Shown here piece after piece: positions 9,164 to 17,722 of a stretch of DNA of 64,000 nucleotides; position 1 is the stretch's first letter; each line of letters begins with the position of its first letter. The notes under the pieces are model-generated. The model made no database searches. It saw only the letters and a program-made list of their open reading frames with translations, and was not told the DNA's origin. A program made the position numbers and the translations under genes. Source of the DNA: Patescibacteria group bacterium (GTDB lineage Bacteria > Patescibacteriota > UBA1384 > JACPKC01); the NCBI GenBank assembly GCA_050944875.1, contig JBMNRW010000003.1, positions 32,260 through 96,259 of the forward strand, in the 5' to 3' direction.

Positions 9164-9850
9164 ATGCTGCACTACCAGCTGGCACTCCAGTCGGAATCAT
9201 TTTGGGCGGCGGTAGCGGACAGCCAGCGGACCGTGCTCCAGTTCGGACGGCTGACTGACATCGTCCTCGAGCAGCTCGCCGGGCTCGAAGCGCAGGAGAG
9301 CTACGAGCGGGAGATTGTGTACCCGTTCGACGCGCTCGCGATCGTGCTGCACGGTGAGCGTCCGGACGCTGCAGAGTGGGTCGAACGGGCGAGTGCCGAG
9401 GGCGTGAACCGTCTGGAGTTCGGACTCCGGGCGTACGGGCTCCATGAGCCGCTCAGGCGCGGGTTGCCGCTGTACGTCCTCGCGCGGCCGTTCCAGTGGG
9501 AGTGGGTACTCCGTGAGCTGTCGGCCGAAGGCATTGACCACCACAACCTGTTTCGGGTCGAGAAGGGAGCCGAAGAGCACCTTCGTGGCCACCTGGACCG
9601 GCTGATGGGGCAGTTCGTCCGCGACAAGGTGCAGCGTCCGGTCATCGTCGTCTCGGACCTGCAGTACTTCCGGGCCACCAACCTGATGCACGGCTGCTTC
9701 GCCGCTCTGTGCCGGGAGCACGGTATCCAGCCCCGCTTCCTCCTCGCGCCGTGGGCGACGGCGGGGCACGCGACCGAGTCGGTGCTCCACGCCGAGGCGG
9801 CGAAGCTCGCCCTCGATCTCGAGCGCGGCCTCGGCCGCTGGCCGGACTGA
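9164..9850 (+). CDS. Hypothetical protein, possibly a highly diverged YdcF/DUF218 fold
   Basis: SD GGAGGAGGG before ATG 9164; motif order AIVLHG...NRLEFGLRAY...LSAEGI...VIVVSD...EAAK mirrors DUF218. Confidence 0.55.
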   Translation: MLHYQLALQSESFWAAVADSQRTVLQFGRLTDIVLEQLAGLEAQESYEREIVYPFDALAIVLHGERPDAAEWVERASAEGVNRLEFGLRAYGLHEPLRRGLPLYVLARPFQWEWVLRELSAEGIDHHNLFRVEKGAEEHLRGHLDRLMGQFVRDKVQRPVIVVSDLQYFRATNLMHGCFAALCREHGIQPRFLLAPWATAGHATESVLHAEAAKLALDLERGLGRWPD

Positions 9851-9856
9851 GCGCCC

Positions 9857-9888
9857 GCGCCCATCCCCTTGTCGGGGTGGGCGCTTTT
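9857..9888 (+). terminator. Intrinsic terminator
   Basis: GCGCCCA(T)CCCC/GGGGTGGGCGC + TTTT. Confidence 0.75.
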
Positions 9889-9910
9889 CTTGTGCTAGAG
9901 TACGTTCGCT

Positions 9911-10867
9911 ATGGTGCTCTTCTTCTACGGCGACGACGCGTACCGGAGTTTTCAGAAGCTCCAGGAGCTGAAGCGGAAGTACGTCGACGCGAGCTTGGGT
10001 GATACGAACCTCGCGCACCTCGACGGCGCGTCGCTCGAGCCGAACGCGCTCGCGGCGGCGCTCCTCGCGCTCCCGTTCCTCGCGAAGACCCGGCTCGTCG
10101 TCTTAGACGGGCTCCTCTCGCGTGGCAGCAAAGAGCTCCAAGAGAAGTTCCTCGACATCCTCCCGAAGCTCCCCGAGTCGACGAACGTCGTCGTGTACGA
10201 GGCCCGGACGCCGGACAAGCGCACGAGCGGGTTTAAGCGGCTCCTCAAGGAGACGAAGGCGCAGGAGTTCGCTGTACTTGAGGGGGCACAGCTCGCGGCG
10301 TGGATCGACGCTGAGCTCGCAGCTCGCGGCGCGACGATCACGCGGTCAGCCAGGGACGAGCTCGTCCGTCGTGCGGACGAGTCGTCGTGGAAGCTCGCGA
10401 CCGAGCTCCAGAAGCTTTCGGCCGCGGTCGCTGACCGGCCGGACGGGGAGCGAGTGATCGACGACGCGCTCGTCCACGATCTCGTCCAGGGCGTGCCGAC
10501 TGAGTCGGTCTTCGCGCTCACCGACGCGCTCGCGAGCGGGAACACCGAGGCAGCACTCGCTCGCCTCCGCGTCCTCCTCGAGCAGGGCGAGAACGCGCAG
10601 CAGCTCGTCGCCTTGCTCGCCTCGACGCTCCGCACTTTCCTCCTCATTCGCGACGCGCTTGATCGGGGTGTTACGCGCGAGCCCGCGATCGCGGACGCCA
10701 CCGGCCTCAAGCCGTTCGTCATCCGGAAGAACCTCGCCGCCGCCCGGGCCCAGTCGTTCGGCGAGCTCGTCGGGCTCATGCGCGCGCTCGCCGAGCTCGA
10801 TGTCGCGACGAAGCGTGGTACAATCGATCCAGAGGTCGGCCTCGAGCTCTTCGTCGCGAAGGCCTGA
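9911..10867 (+). CDS. holA: DNA polymerase III delta subunit
   Basis: LFFYGDDAY, LPFLAKTRLVVL, ELQKL, SVFALTDAL, LDVATKRG. Confidence 0.9.
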   Translation: MVLFFYGDDAYRSFQKLQELKRKYVDASLGDTNLAHLDGASLEPNALAAALLALPFLAKTRLVVLDGLLSRGSKELQEKFLDILPKLPESTNVVVYEARTPDKRTSGFKRLLKETKAQEFAVLEGAQLAAWIDAELAARGATITRSARDELVRRADESSWKLATELQKLSAAVADRPDGERVIDDALVHDLVQGVPTESVFALTDALASGNTEAALARLRVLLEQGENAQQLVALLASTLRTFLLIRDALDRGVTREPAIADATGLKPFVIRKNLAAARAQSFGELVGLMRALAELDVATKRGTIDPEVGLELFVAKA

Positions 10868-10886
10868 GCGCCGCCCAGGGAGGGTT

Positions 10887-12383
10887 GTGGTTTCCGTCGG
10901 CTTCTACAGCAAGCAGTTCGCGTTCTTCTTCGCCATCGCCGCGTTCGTCGGGGGTGGCTTGTGGTACGTGAACGCGTCACAGACGAGCGAGGCGGCAACC
11001 TCGAAGCACGTCGCGCTCCCGAACACGTCGGTCGCCAGCCTGACGATCAAGGTAATGGACGGCGGGAAGGTGACTGTCGACGGGCAGCGGATCGACGGCC
11101 TCCTCGACTTCATGCCGGACCGCGACGTCCTCTCGTACCAGGCGTTCTCGGGCGACCAGAGCTTCGTGAACCAGCTCACCGTGACCGTCATCCTCCCCCG
11201 TCCGGTTGACCAGTCGGTGGCGATTGCCCGGCACTTCGGGAGCTACGGCGTCACCTACCCTGACCCGGTCTTCGCCACCCCGACAACGGTCGTCTACGTC
11301 GCCGAGAACCTGACGCCGCAGGCTGCCTACCGCCTTGAGCTCGTGCTGCCGAAGGGCGTCGTGAAGCCGTCGCTCGTCGGGCAGGTCGTCGACGGGATTC
11401 GCTACTTGCACCCCGGCGTATGGCTCGGGGTGGCGCTTGGCCTGCCGCTCCTCGCCTCGCTCCTCCTTGCGCTCATGTCTTGGCAGGCGGCGCGCGGCTG
11501 GCGCGGGGCTGCGGTGACCACGCTCGCCGAGACGCCACCGACGGAGGCCGTGCCGGCAGTTGCCGGCGTCCTCATCAACGGCAAGGTGTCGCCCCGCTCG
11601 CTCGCCGCGACCCTGCTCGACCTCGCCCGCCGCGGGTACATCCAGGTCGTCCACCGGGCGGACGGCTTCTCGTTCGGCCGCCGCAAGGCGATTGATCCGG
11701 TGAGCTTGGGCACCGACCCGAACCTCACTCAGTTCGAGCGGCTACTCCTCGACAAGATCTTCACCGGTGAAGCGATCCGCTCGACCGGCGAGGACATCCA
11801 GCTCCGGATCGGCGCCCACGTCTTCTCGCGCAAGGTGGCCGAGAGCTATCTCGAGATGTACGCGGCGGCGATCAAGCAGGGGTGGTTCCTCGAGAATCCG
11901 CAGCTCGTCCAGAAGCGCTGGCGCTTCGCGGCGCTCGTCGTCATGGCGGCCGCGGTCGCGTTCTTTCTCCTGGCGCTCCTCTTCGGGCCGGAGCCGTACT
12001 ACTACACGCTCGGCTTCGCCGGGCTCTTCTTCGTCGGCGCGGTTATGTACCGGGTGACCCCACTCCTCCCCCGCCGGACGAGCCAGGGTGATCAGGCGTA
12101 CCGCGCGTGGGCGGCGTTCAAGAACTACCTCTCGGCCGACGTGCCGGTGAATGCGAAGGCGAACGCGCAGGAGTTGTACGAGCGCTACCTCCCCTACGCC
12201 GTCGTCTTCGGCGTCGAGGTCGAGTGGACCGAGCGGTTCCTCCACCTCCCGTTCCGCGTGCCGGCGTGGTACGCCTCGACGGACAAGATCCACGTCATCG
12301 AAGACTTCGCGAACAACCTCTTCCCCATCGTCGGGTCGGTCGCACAGGACCTCGCCAAGGCGCGCGAGCCGTACGCCGTCTAA
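10887..12383 (+). CDS. DUF2207-family membrane protein
   Basis: GTG 10887 after GGGAGGG; ATLLDLARRGYI, YERYLPYAVVFGV..W, several TM segments. Confidence 0.8.
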   Translation: MVSVGFYSKQFAFFFAIAAFVGGGLWYVNASQTSEAATSKHVALPNTSVASLTIKVMDGGKVTVDGQRIDGLLDFMPDRDVLSYQAFSGDQSFVNQLTVTVILPRPVDQSVAIARHFGSYGVTYPDPVFATPTTVVYVAENLTPQAAYRLELVLPKGVVKPSLVGQVVDGIRYLHPGVWLGVALGLPLLASLLLALMSWQAARGWRGAAVTTLAETPPTEAVPAVAGVLINGKVSPRSLAATLLDLARRGYIQVVHRADGFSFGRRKAIDPVSLGTDPNLTQFERLLLDKIFTGEAIRSTGEDIQLRIGAHVFSRKVAESYLEMYAAAIKQGWFLENPQLVQKRWRFAALVVMAAAVAFFLLALLFGPEPYYYTLGFAGLFFVGAVMYRVTPLLPRRTSQGDQAYRAWAAFKNYLSADVPVNAKANAQELYERYLPYAVVFGVEVEWTERFLHLPFRVPAWYASTDKIHVIEDFANNLFPIVGSVAQDLAKAREPYAV

Positions 12384-12410
12384 ACGCGCCAGAGACGCGC
12401 ACAAAGAAAG

Positions 12411-12439
12411 AGCGCACCGTGGGTAGGAAACGGTGCGCT
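12411..12439. terminator. Bidirectional terminator between convergent genes
   Basis: AGCGCACCGT/ACGGTGCGCT flanked by A-rich and T-rich tracts. Confidence 0.75.
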
Positions 12440-12466
12440 TTGTACGTGTGACGGCTTGCCGTGGCC

Positions 12467-12946
12467 CTACGGCGTAGGGGCAAGCTCAATGGTCTGAGCG
12501 ACGGCGTATGCATGTAGCGCGCAGCTCGCCGCGAAGGCGAGCCAGGCCACCGTGCTCGTCGGCCAAAGCGTCACCGCGAGAATGCTCCCGCCCAAGGAAA
12601 ACCAGTACGTCAGCCATCTGAGCTAGTAGTGGACACGGGCGGTTGGACTCGAGAAATCGAGTCGACGCGACGGGTTTCGGATGAGGTCGATACCTCGGAC
12701 CACGAGGAAGGCGAGGAAGATCGCCAGGCACGCGAGTCCGAGTACCTGGACGCCCCGCTCTGCCGTGGTCTCCAGTGGAAGTTGGTTGGCGACCTGGCTG
12801 CCGAAGTGGCCGAGGGTAATCGCCAGCCCGAAGTCGCTCAGCGCCGCCACCTTGTCAGTCCAGGTGCTCTGCGTTCGCGCGGCGATGACGTCGGTCGTGA
12901 CGTACCCGATGACGCCAAGAAGCGCCAATCCCCCGAGGTAATCCAT
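12467..12946 (-). pseudogene. Multi-pass membrane ORFan interrupted by an in-frame TAG (12623-12625)
   Basis: 107-aa ORF continues in frame past TAG with 51 more, largely hydrophobic codons to TAG 12467, just before the terminator. Confidence 0.6.
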
Positions 12947-13016
12947 GGTTGTTCTACTCCCTGGAAAAGGTCAACCCGTCTCGTGCGACGGGCTGTCGGA
13001 GCGAGTGTAGCAGATC

Positions 13017-13628
13017 CTAGTACGCCGGTTGGGCGATCCAGCCGTAGGCGGCGCCGGTCAGTCGCGCCTGCGATTTCCCGATGACGTTGTCGTGGGGGAC
13101 TGGGCCGAAGAACCGCGAGTCGTTCGAGTTCGGCCGGTTGTCACCGACGACGAAGAGCTCGTCGGCGCGGACGACCTTCTCGAGCTCCGGCTCGGTGTAC
13201 AGGTAGTCGGGCAGGTACGGCTCCGGCAGGAGCGCGCCGTTCACGTACACCTTCCCTTGGCTGATCTTCACCGTGTCGCCCGGCAGGCCGATGATCCGCT
13301 TGATGAACTTCCGCTTCTCGGGGTCGCCGGGGAACTCGATCACGACGACGTCGCCGCGCTGGTACGGGCCAATCAGGTACGAGAGGCGGTCGACGAGGAC
13401 GAACTGCCCGTCCTCGAAGTTCGGCACCATGCTCTCGCCGCTAATTCGGAACACGGTCGCCACGAAGAGGTGGACCAGGAGGGCGAGGACGACGAGGACG
13501 ACGAGCCCCTTCAAGAGCTCGAAGCCGTACGAGAGCGCGCGGTAGAGACGTTCGCTCCCGACGAGCTGCCGGCCAATAGGCGCCGGCGCCGCCTGTGTTG
13601 CCTGCCAGGTGGGATCGATCTGCTGCAT
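13017..13628 (-). CDS. lepB: Signal peptidase I
   Basis: TM helix, SGESM (Ser), FIKRIIGLPGD (Lys), GDNRPNSNDSR. Confidence 0.95.
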   Translation of the reverse strand: MQQIDPTWQATQAAPAPIGRQLVGSERLYRALSYGFELLKGLVVLVVLALLVHLFVATVFRISGESMVPNFEDGQFVLVDRLSYLIGPYQRGDVVVIEFPGDPEKRKFIKRIIGLPGDTVKISQGKVYVNGALLPEPYLPDYLYTEPELEKVVRADELFVVGDNRPNSNDSRFFGPVPHDNVIGKSQARLTGAAYGWIAQPAY

Positions 13629-13683
13629 ACGTCCATCCTACTGCCAGCGAGTAGAAACGGGAACAGTAGCGACGGGTATCGCG

Positions 13684-14412
13684 CTACCCATAGCGCTTCC
13701 CGAGCTTCCAGAGGATTTCGAAGGTGGTCGTGAGCGTCGCGGTAATTGCTGCAGACTCAATGATGACGGCGTGCATCTCGTCTGCGTAGGAGATGAAGGC
13801 GGTTTTATTGCCCCAGATGGCAACGTTGGCCTGGAACTGCCACTCGGGTGGAGCGAACCGCATCCGGCTGGTTGTGCCGACGTACAGCTGGCCGTACTCC
13901 AGCGTTTCTGGACACCGAGGTACAAGGTCAAATACTCGAATGTTCTTCTCAACGAACTGCTTGGCGAACGTCTGCCAGTCGTCAACGTGCGCGATCCAGT
14001 CGGTCGTGGCACCGAAAAAGCGGAGCTCCTTCGCCTCGGTAATAATTTCTGCGCGCACGGCTTCCAGCGCAGCGTAACCCTCGAAGTACCGGACGGTTGG
14101 TTTGTGCGCCGCACCGCGGTAGAGCCCTTCGAGTTCGGGGATGAGCGCGTCGAGTGCGGCGAGCTTATGTTCGGCGACCGCCTTGAACTGCTGCGGCCGT
14201 ACCGCACTGACGTGTCGCTTGCCGTTGCGCTGTGCGGACGTGACGAACCCTTTCTCCTTAAGTGTTCTCAGGAGATCGTAGGTGTAGGTGCGCGTGAGTT
14301 TTGAGCGTTTGGCCAGTGTGGCTGGCGTCGTTTCGCCAAGGGTGAGGAGGGTGCGGTAAAGCGTCGCCTCGTTTGCGGTAAAGCCAAGCAGGGAGAGGGC
14401 TTCGAGCTTCAT
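13684..14412 (-). CDS. TrmB-family winged-helix transcriptional regulator
   Basis: LGFTANEATLYRTLL...RTYTYDLLRTLKEKGFV, coiled segment, VRYFEG, PLD-like effector domain. Confidence 0.85.
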   Translation of the reverse strand: MKLEALSLLGFTANEATLYRTLLTLGETTPATLAKRSKLTRTYTYDLLRTLKEKGFVTSAQRNGKRHVSAVRPQQFKAVAEHKLAALDALIPELEGLYRGAAHKPTVRYFEGYAALEAVRAEIITEAKELRFFGATTDWIAHVDDWQTFAKQFVEKNIRVFDLVPRCPETLEYGQLYVGTTSRMRFAPPEWQFQANVAIWGNKTAFISYADEMHAVIIESAAITATLTTTFEILWKLGKRYG

Positions 14413-14415
14413 AGT

Positions 14416-14434
14416 TGTCAGTAAAAATACGACA
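14416..14434. promoter_or_regulatory. Putative operator 1 (TGTC-N11-GACA) over the trmB -10
   Basis: Minus strand reads TGTCGTATTTTTACTGACA; trmB promoter TTGACA(14452-14447)-17-TATTTT. Confidence 0.6.
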
Positions 14435-14483
14435 GATAATCAGGTCTGTCAAGATGTAACAGGCAAGAGGAAAACTCACAGAG

Positions 14484-14525
14484 TGTCGTATAGATATTGA
14501 CAGGACGCAGGATTTGTTGTATGAT
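14484..14525 (+). promoter_or_regulatory. Putative operator 2 overlapping a near-consensus sigma70 promoter
   Basis: TGTCGTATAGATATTGACA at 14484-14502; TTGACA(14497)-17-TATGAT(14520). Confidence 0.7.
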
Positions 14526-14531
14526 GCCACG

Positions 14532-14730
14532 TTGCACTAAGAGCTCGTAGAGTTCGAAAAGTGCTGAAACTTTAAAAATAGAAGCGGAACTGCGTGCCGC
14601 TTGCGCCCCAGAGCTGGGCCCTCCCGCAAGGGTAAACTCGTCCGATCACCTGATCGGGCCTGATGCAACAGACGCCGACTGTTGGAACGTAAACTAACCG
14701 AGCGTGGTCTCGCAAACCCACACAGTGCAT
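14532..14730 (+). ncRNA. Candidate structured RNA / long 5' leader of unknown class
   Basis: Consecutive hairpins: GAGCTC/GAGTTC, AAGCGG/CCGCTT, CCCA/TGGG, CCC-GCAA-GGG, GTCCGATCA/TGATCGGGC, CAACAG/CTGTTG; possible closing helix TGCACT/AGTGCA. Confidence 0.4.
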
Positions 14731-14746
14731 CGAAGAGGTGGAAGCC

Positions 14747-15102
14747 ATGACCCAGAACCAGCGCCGCATGACTCAGGCCATTCACGAGGCGGTGCGCCTC
14801 GCGAGACTTGGCTCCGACCCTCGGGAGTGCATCGCTCCCGAACAATTGGAGCAGCTCCACGAGGTTCTCTCCGCGAAGGAGGAGAGGGAGTGGCAGCAGT
14901 GGCGGGGAGGCTGGATCGCCTCCGCATCACATCGGCTGCCGGGTTCATTGTCCTGGAGGCATTGCCCTCGGGCGTAGCGCCCGACGCCCAGGAATGGGCG
15001 TGGTTCGAGAAGTGGTTGGAATATGGGCGCGAGTCCCTTATATCCGGCCACAAGGTGGACAAGGCGTGTTTCGACACGCTGAAGTCCCACTTCGGCCGTT
15101 AG
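14747..15102 (+). pseudogene. ORFan with apparent 1-nt frameshift near 14880-14890
   Basis: SD GAGGTGG + ATG 14747; MTQNQRR...SAKEE joins GVAAVAGRL...HFGR in the adjacent frame at a GAG-GAG-AG-GGA run. Confidence 0.5.
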
Positions 15103-15263
15103 GCTTCAATCCGTCGCTCCACCGGTCAGCTAGAGCACCTGCCTGGATGCGCGGTTGAGCCTCGCTCCCGCCCTAGGCCACGCTATCGCGCCATCTGGTA
15201 CATCCGGGCGGCGCTTTTCTTTTTGCCCTTGAAGCTGTGCTAGAATCCTTGTAAAGGAGTGCG

Positions 15264-15425
15264 ATGGCGCTTGACAATGCTGACAAGCAGTGGATTGCAC
15301 AGCAGCTCACTGAGCAGTTGCGGAGCCAGGAAGACAGAATCGTGGCTCGGATTAACCGTGAGGTGACGGATCTAGCCGAGATTAATCGCTTAGCACTCGA
15401 CCGTCTCGAGAACCACGAGCACTAA
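15264..15425 (+). CDS. Small coiled-coil protein (53 aa, below ORF-track cutoff)
   Basis: TGCTAGAAT -10, SD AAGGAG, MALDNADKQWIAQQLTEQLRSQEDRIVARINREVTDLAEINRLALDRLENHEH. Confidence 0.65.
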   Translation: MALDNADKQWIAQQLTEQLRSQEDRIVARINREVTDLAEINRLALDRLENHEH

Positions 15426-15495
15426 GTCCGCGATACGTTGAGTAGCGCTCCGAGTTAGGTGGCGCTTTTCTCTTGTTGTTCCGTATACTGATTGC

Positions 15496-15894
15496 ATGGA
15501 ATCCCAGCACCTCCTCGCCACGATCGGGCAGTACGCGCTTATCCGGAACGGGGAGGGGAAGCTCCTCGTGCTCGAGCGGGCGCGGTCGAAGACCTGGTGC
15601 TTGCCTGGCGGTCGACTGCAGGCGAGCGAAGCGTGGGACGTGGCGCTCCTGCGTGAGATTGCCGAGGAAACGGGTCTTGAGTGCGCAAATCCTCGCCCAG
15701 TTGACGTTGAAGTGGTAACCGATCCCTACCAGACGAAGTACTGCGTGTACTTCGCCCTCGACCCTACCTCGTCACCCGACGTTGTGCTGAGCGACGAGCA
15801 CAACGCGTACCGGTGGATTTCACCTCAAGAGGTGCCGACGCTCCCATTCGAATCAGAGGGGATCCGGACTGCTGCGCAACACCTGCTTGAATAG
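15496..15894 (+). CDS. NUDIX hydrolase
   Basis: Nudix box PGGRLQASEAWDVALLREIAEETGL; LSDEHNAYRW. Confidence 0.9.
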   Translation: MESQHLLATIGQYALIRNGEGKLLVLERARSKTWCLPGGRLQASEAWDVALLREIAEETGLECANPRPVDVEVVTDPYQTKYCVYFALDPTSSPDVVLSDEHNAYRWISPQEVPTLPFESEGIRTAAQHLLE

Positions 15895-15916
15895 GGTAGA
15901 AGGTAAACGCACAAAA

Positions 15917-15943
15917 CGAGCGCTACCGGTGCGGTAGCGCTCG
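15917..15943 (-). terminator. rpsT terminator (likely bidirectional)
   Basis: CGAGCGCTACCG/CGGTAGCGCTCG 12-bp stem; U-tract on the minus strand. Confidence 0.8.
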
Positions 15944-15961
15944 ATGTGGTACAATACTTCG

Positions 15962-16303
15962 TTACTTGTCAGCCTTCTTCGTGGTCTTCTTGGCGGCTGG
16001 CTTCTTCGCCGTGGCCTTCTTCTCGGCCTTGGCAGGCTTCTCAGCCTTTGGCGCGACTGCAGCGGTGCGCTTTGCCGTTGGGACGCCGTGCGTTTTCATG
16101 AGCTGCGCCTTCATGCGCGACGCTTTGTTCGCGTGGATGATGTGCTTCTTCGCAGCCTTGTCGACGAGCGACACGGTTGCGGCGAGCGTCTCCAGGGAGA
16201 CGGTCTTGAGTGACTGCTTGAGCTTCGACTTGATCTTCGCACGCTGGATGGTGCGCTTCACAGCCTGGCGGGCAGCCTTAATTGCGGATGAGGTGTTTGC
16301 CAT
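15962..16303 (-). CDS. rpsT: 30S ribosomal protein S20 with Lys/Ala-rich C-terminal tail
   Basis: MANTSSAIKAARQ, DKAAKKHIIHANKASRMK; start ATG 16303. Confidence 0.93.
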   Translation of the reverse strand: MANTSSAIKAARQAVKRTIQRAKIKSKLKQSLKTVSLETLAATVSLVDKAAKKHIIHANKASRMKAQLMKTHGVPTAKRTAAVAPKAEKPAKAEKKATAKKPAAKKTTKKADK

Positions 16304-16501
16304 AACGCGGGAACTATAGCAGGCAGTCGGGCACCTGTAAATACCTACTCTTTGGGTTAGCGTGTGCTGTACGTATGTAGCCGGTTGAATGCACCGCTTT
16401 ACCTGAATGGCGTCCATACTGATTGACAACTGAATACAGTTTCACTAAGGTGCGCTGCTCTTGTCCTAGAACAATACGTGGAAGGGGAACCGGATCGAAC
16501 A

Positions 16502-16933
16502 ATGATCCAGGCACTGATCGTTCTTCTCGGCATTGCCTTGCTCGTCTCCTGCGTTGCTGCCGTCTGGCAGGCGCGGCCGTACGAGCGCCGTTTCTTCTGG
16601 CACGGGGTCATGATCCCGTGCCTCGCCTACTCCGTCTGGCACTACTGGGTGCCGACGACGGCCACACTTCTCGGCATGATTGCGTGCCTCACGGGGGCGT
16701 GGTCGTACTACTGCAGCGCTCGGCGCAGCGTGGACTTCGGGCTTTGGACGTTGCGGGAACGGATGCACTTCCGTCTGAACGCATTCCTGACACTGCTCTT
16801 CCTCGCGCTTGCCACTTGGCTCGGCTACGGCCTCTGGGGTGGCGACACCCCGCGGTCCGACGCTGTGACCAAGGAGCAGGTGCCGACGACGACTGCGCTC
16901 GACGCCACGACGGCTCGGACTGGTGGCCGATGA
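16502..16933 (+). CDS. Hypothetical 4-TM membrane protein (possibly the 5' part of a broken gene)
   Basis: Promoter TTGACA(16423)-17-TAAGGT, SD AAGGGG, four hydrophobic segments and a Thr-rich linker. Confidence 0.6.
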   Translation: MIQALIVLLGIALLVSCVAAVWQARPYERRFFWHGVMIPCLAYSVWHYWVPTTATLLGMIACLTGAWSYYCSARRSVDFGLWTLRERMHFRLNAFLTLLFLALATWLGYGLWGGDTPRSDAVTKEQVPTTTALDATTARTGGR

Positions 16934-17586
16934 CCCCGAACCAATTCGGAGACATCGCCGCCGCGTTTCACGCCGAGGGTATTCAGGTGTACGCCTGGGG
17001 CTACTGCTACGGGTTCAAGCCGGAGCTGGAAGCCTCGCGTGCGATCGAGGCGCTCAAGCAGGGTGCCGACGGGTACGTACTGAATGCCGAGACACAGTTC
17101 AAGGCGCCGGGAATGGACCGCGTCGCTACGACGCTCTGCGCGGCGATCCGATCGTACCTCGACGCCCAGCCTCCACCGAGAAAGCTCTTCGCCTTCTCGA
17201 GCTTCGGTTGGGTGGGCTACCACCGGGAGTTCCTGTTCGAGGTCTTCGGGGCGTACTGCGACGCCGCAATGCCCCAGGTGTACTGGAGTATCGCCGGTGT
17301 GGCGCCGCGGACGGCGCTCAGCACCGCGTACGCGAACTGGTGCGCGCTCGAGGCGGACTGGCGGAGTGGCGGCAAGTCCGGCTGCGTCAAGCCGATCATT
17401 TCCGTCGGGAGCGCGCATGGCGGGCGGATCCGCCAGCACGAAGCTGTCGCTGAGACGTCGCCGGAGGAGATGGTGACGTTCGCGGCCGCAGCCGAGGGGT
17501 ACGGCGGCGTCTCCTGGTGGGTGTGGGACGTCATGGATGACGCGCACTGGCGGGTCGTCCGGAAGGTCGCTGCCAACCGGAAGTGA
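16930..17586 (+). CDS. Glycoside-hydrolase-like TIM barrel (GH25/lysozyme-like), N-terminally truncated
   Basis: GIQVYAWGY, GADGYVLNAE, DAAMPQVYW, GGVSWWVWD. Confidence 0.6.
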   Translation: MTPNQFGDIAAAFHAEGIQVYAWGYCYGFKPELEASRAIEALKQGADGYVLNAETQFKAPGMDRVATTLCAAIRSYLDAQPPPRKLFAFSSFGWVGYHREFLFEVFGAYCDAAMPQVYWSIAGVAPRTALSTAYANWCALEADWRSGGKSGCVKPIISVGSAHGGRIRQHEAVAETSPEEMVTFAAAAEGYGGVSWWVWDVMDDAHWRVVRKVAANRK

Positions 17587-17722
17587 GTGGCCCGGGCATA
17601 TTGCCCAGGTCTTTTTTTATGGCCGAACTCATCTGTGTTGACTTGGTGTACCTCGTTCGGTACGATGCGCTGTCACGAGAAGGAGGGGATGCATCCCTCG
17701 TATTCGTCGTTCTGGAGAACCA

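Noticed and set aside
14630-14695. Hammerhead ribozyme or c-di-GMP-I riboswitch call
   Set aside because: The core reads CTGATG/GAAC instead of CUGAnGA/GAAA, with extra linker bases; the GNRA-capped stem and receptor of c-di-GMP-I are missing. Kept only as an unclassified structured RNA.
15423-15458. Read-through of TAA in the 53-aa ORF (adds VRDTLSSAPS)
   Set aside because: The extension is short and overlaps the terminator; no supporting evidence.
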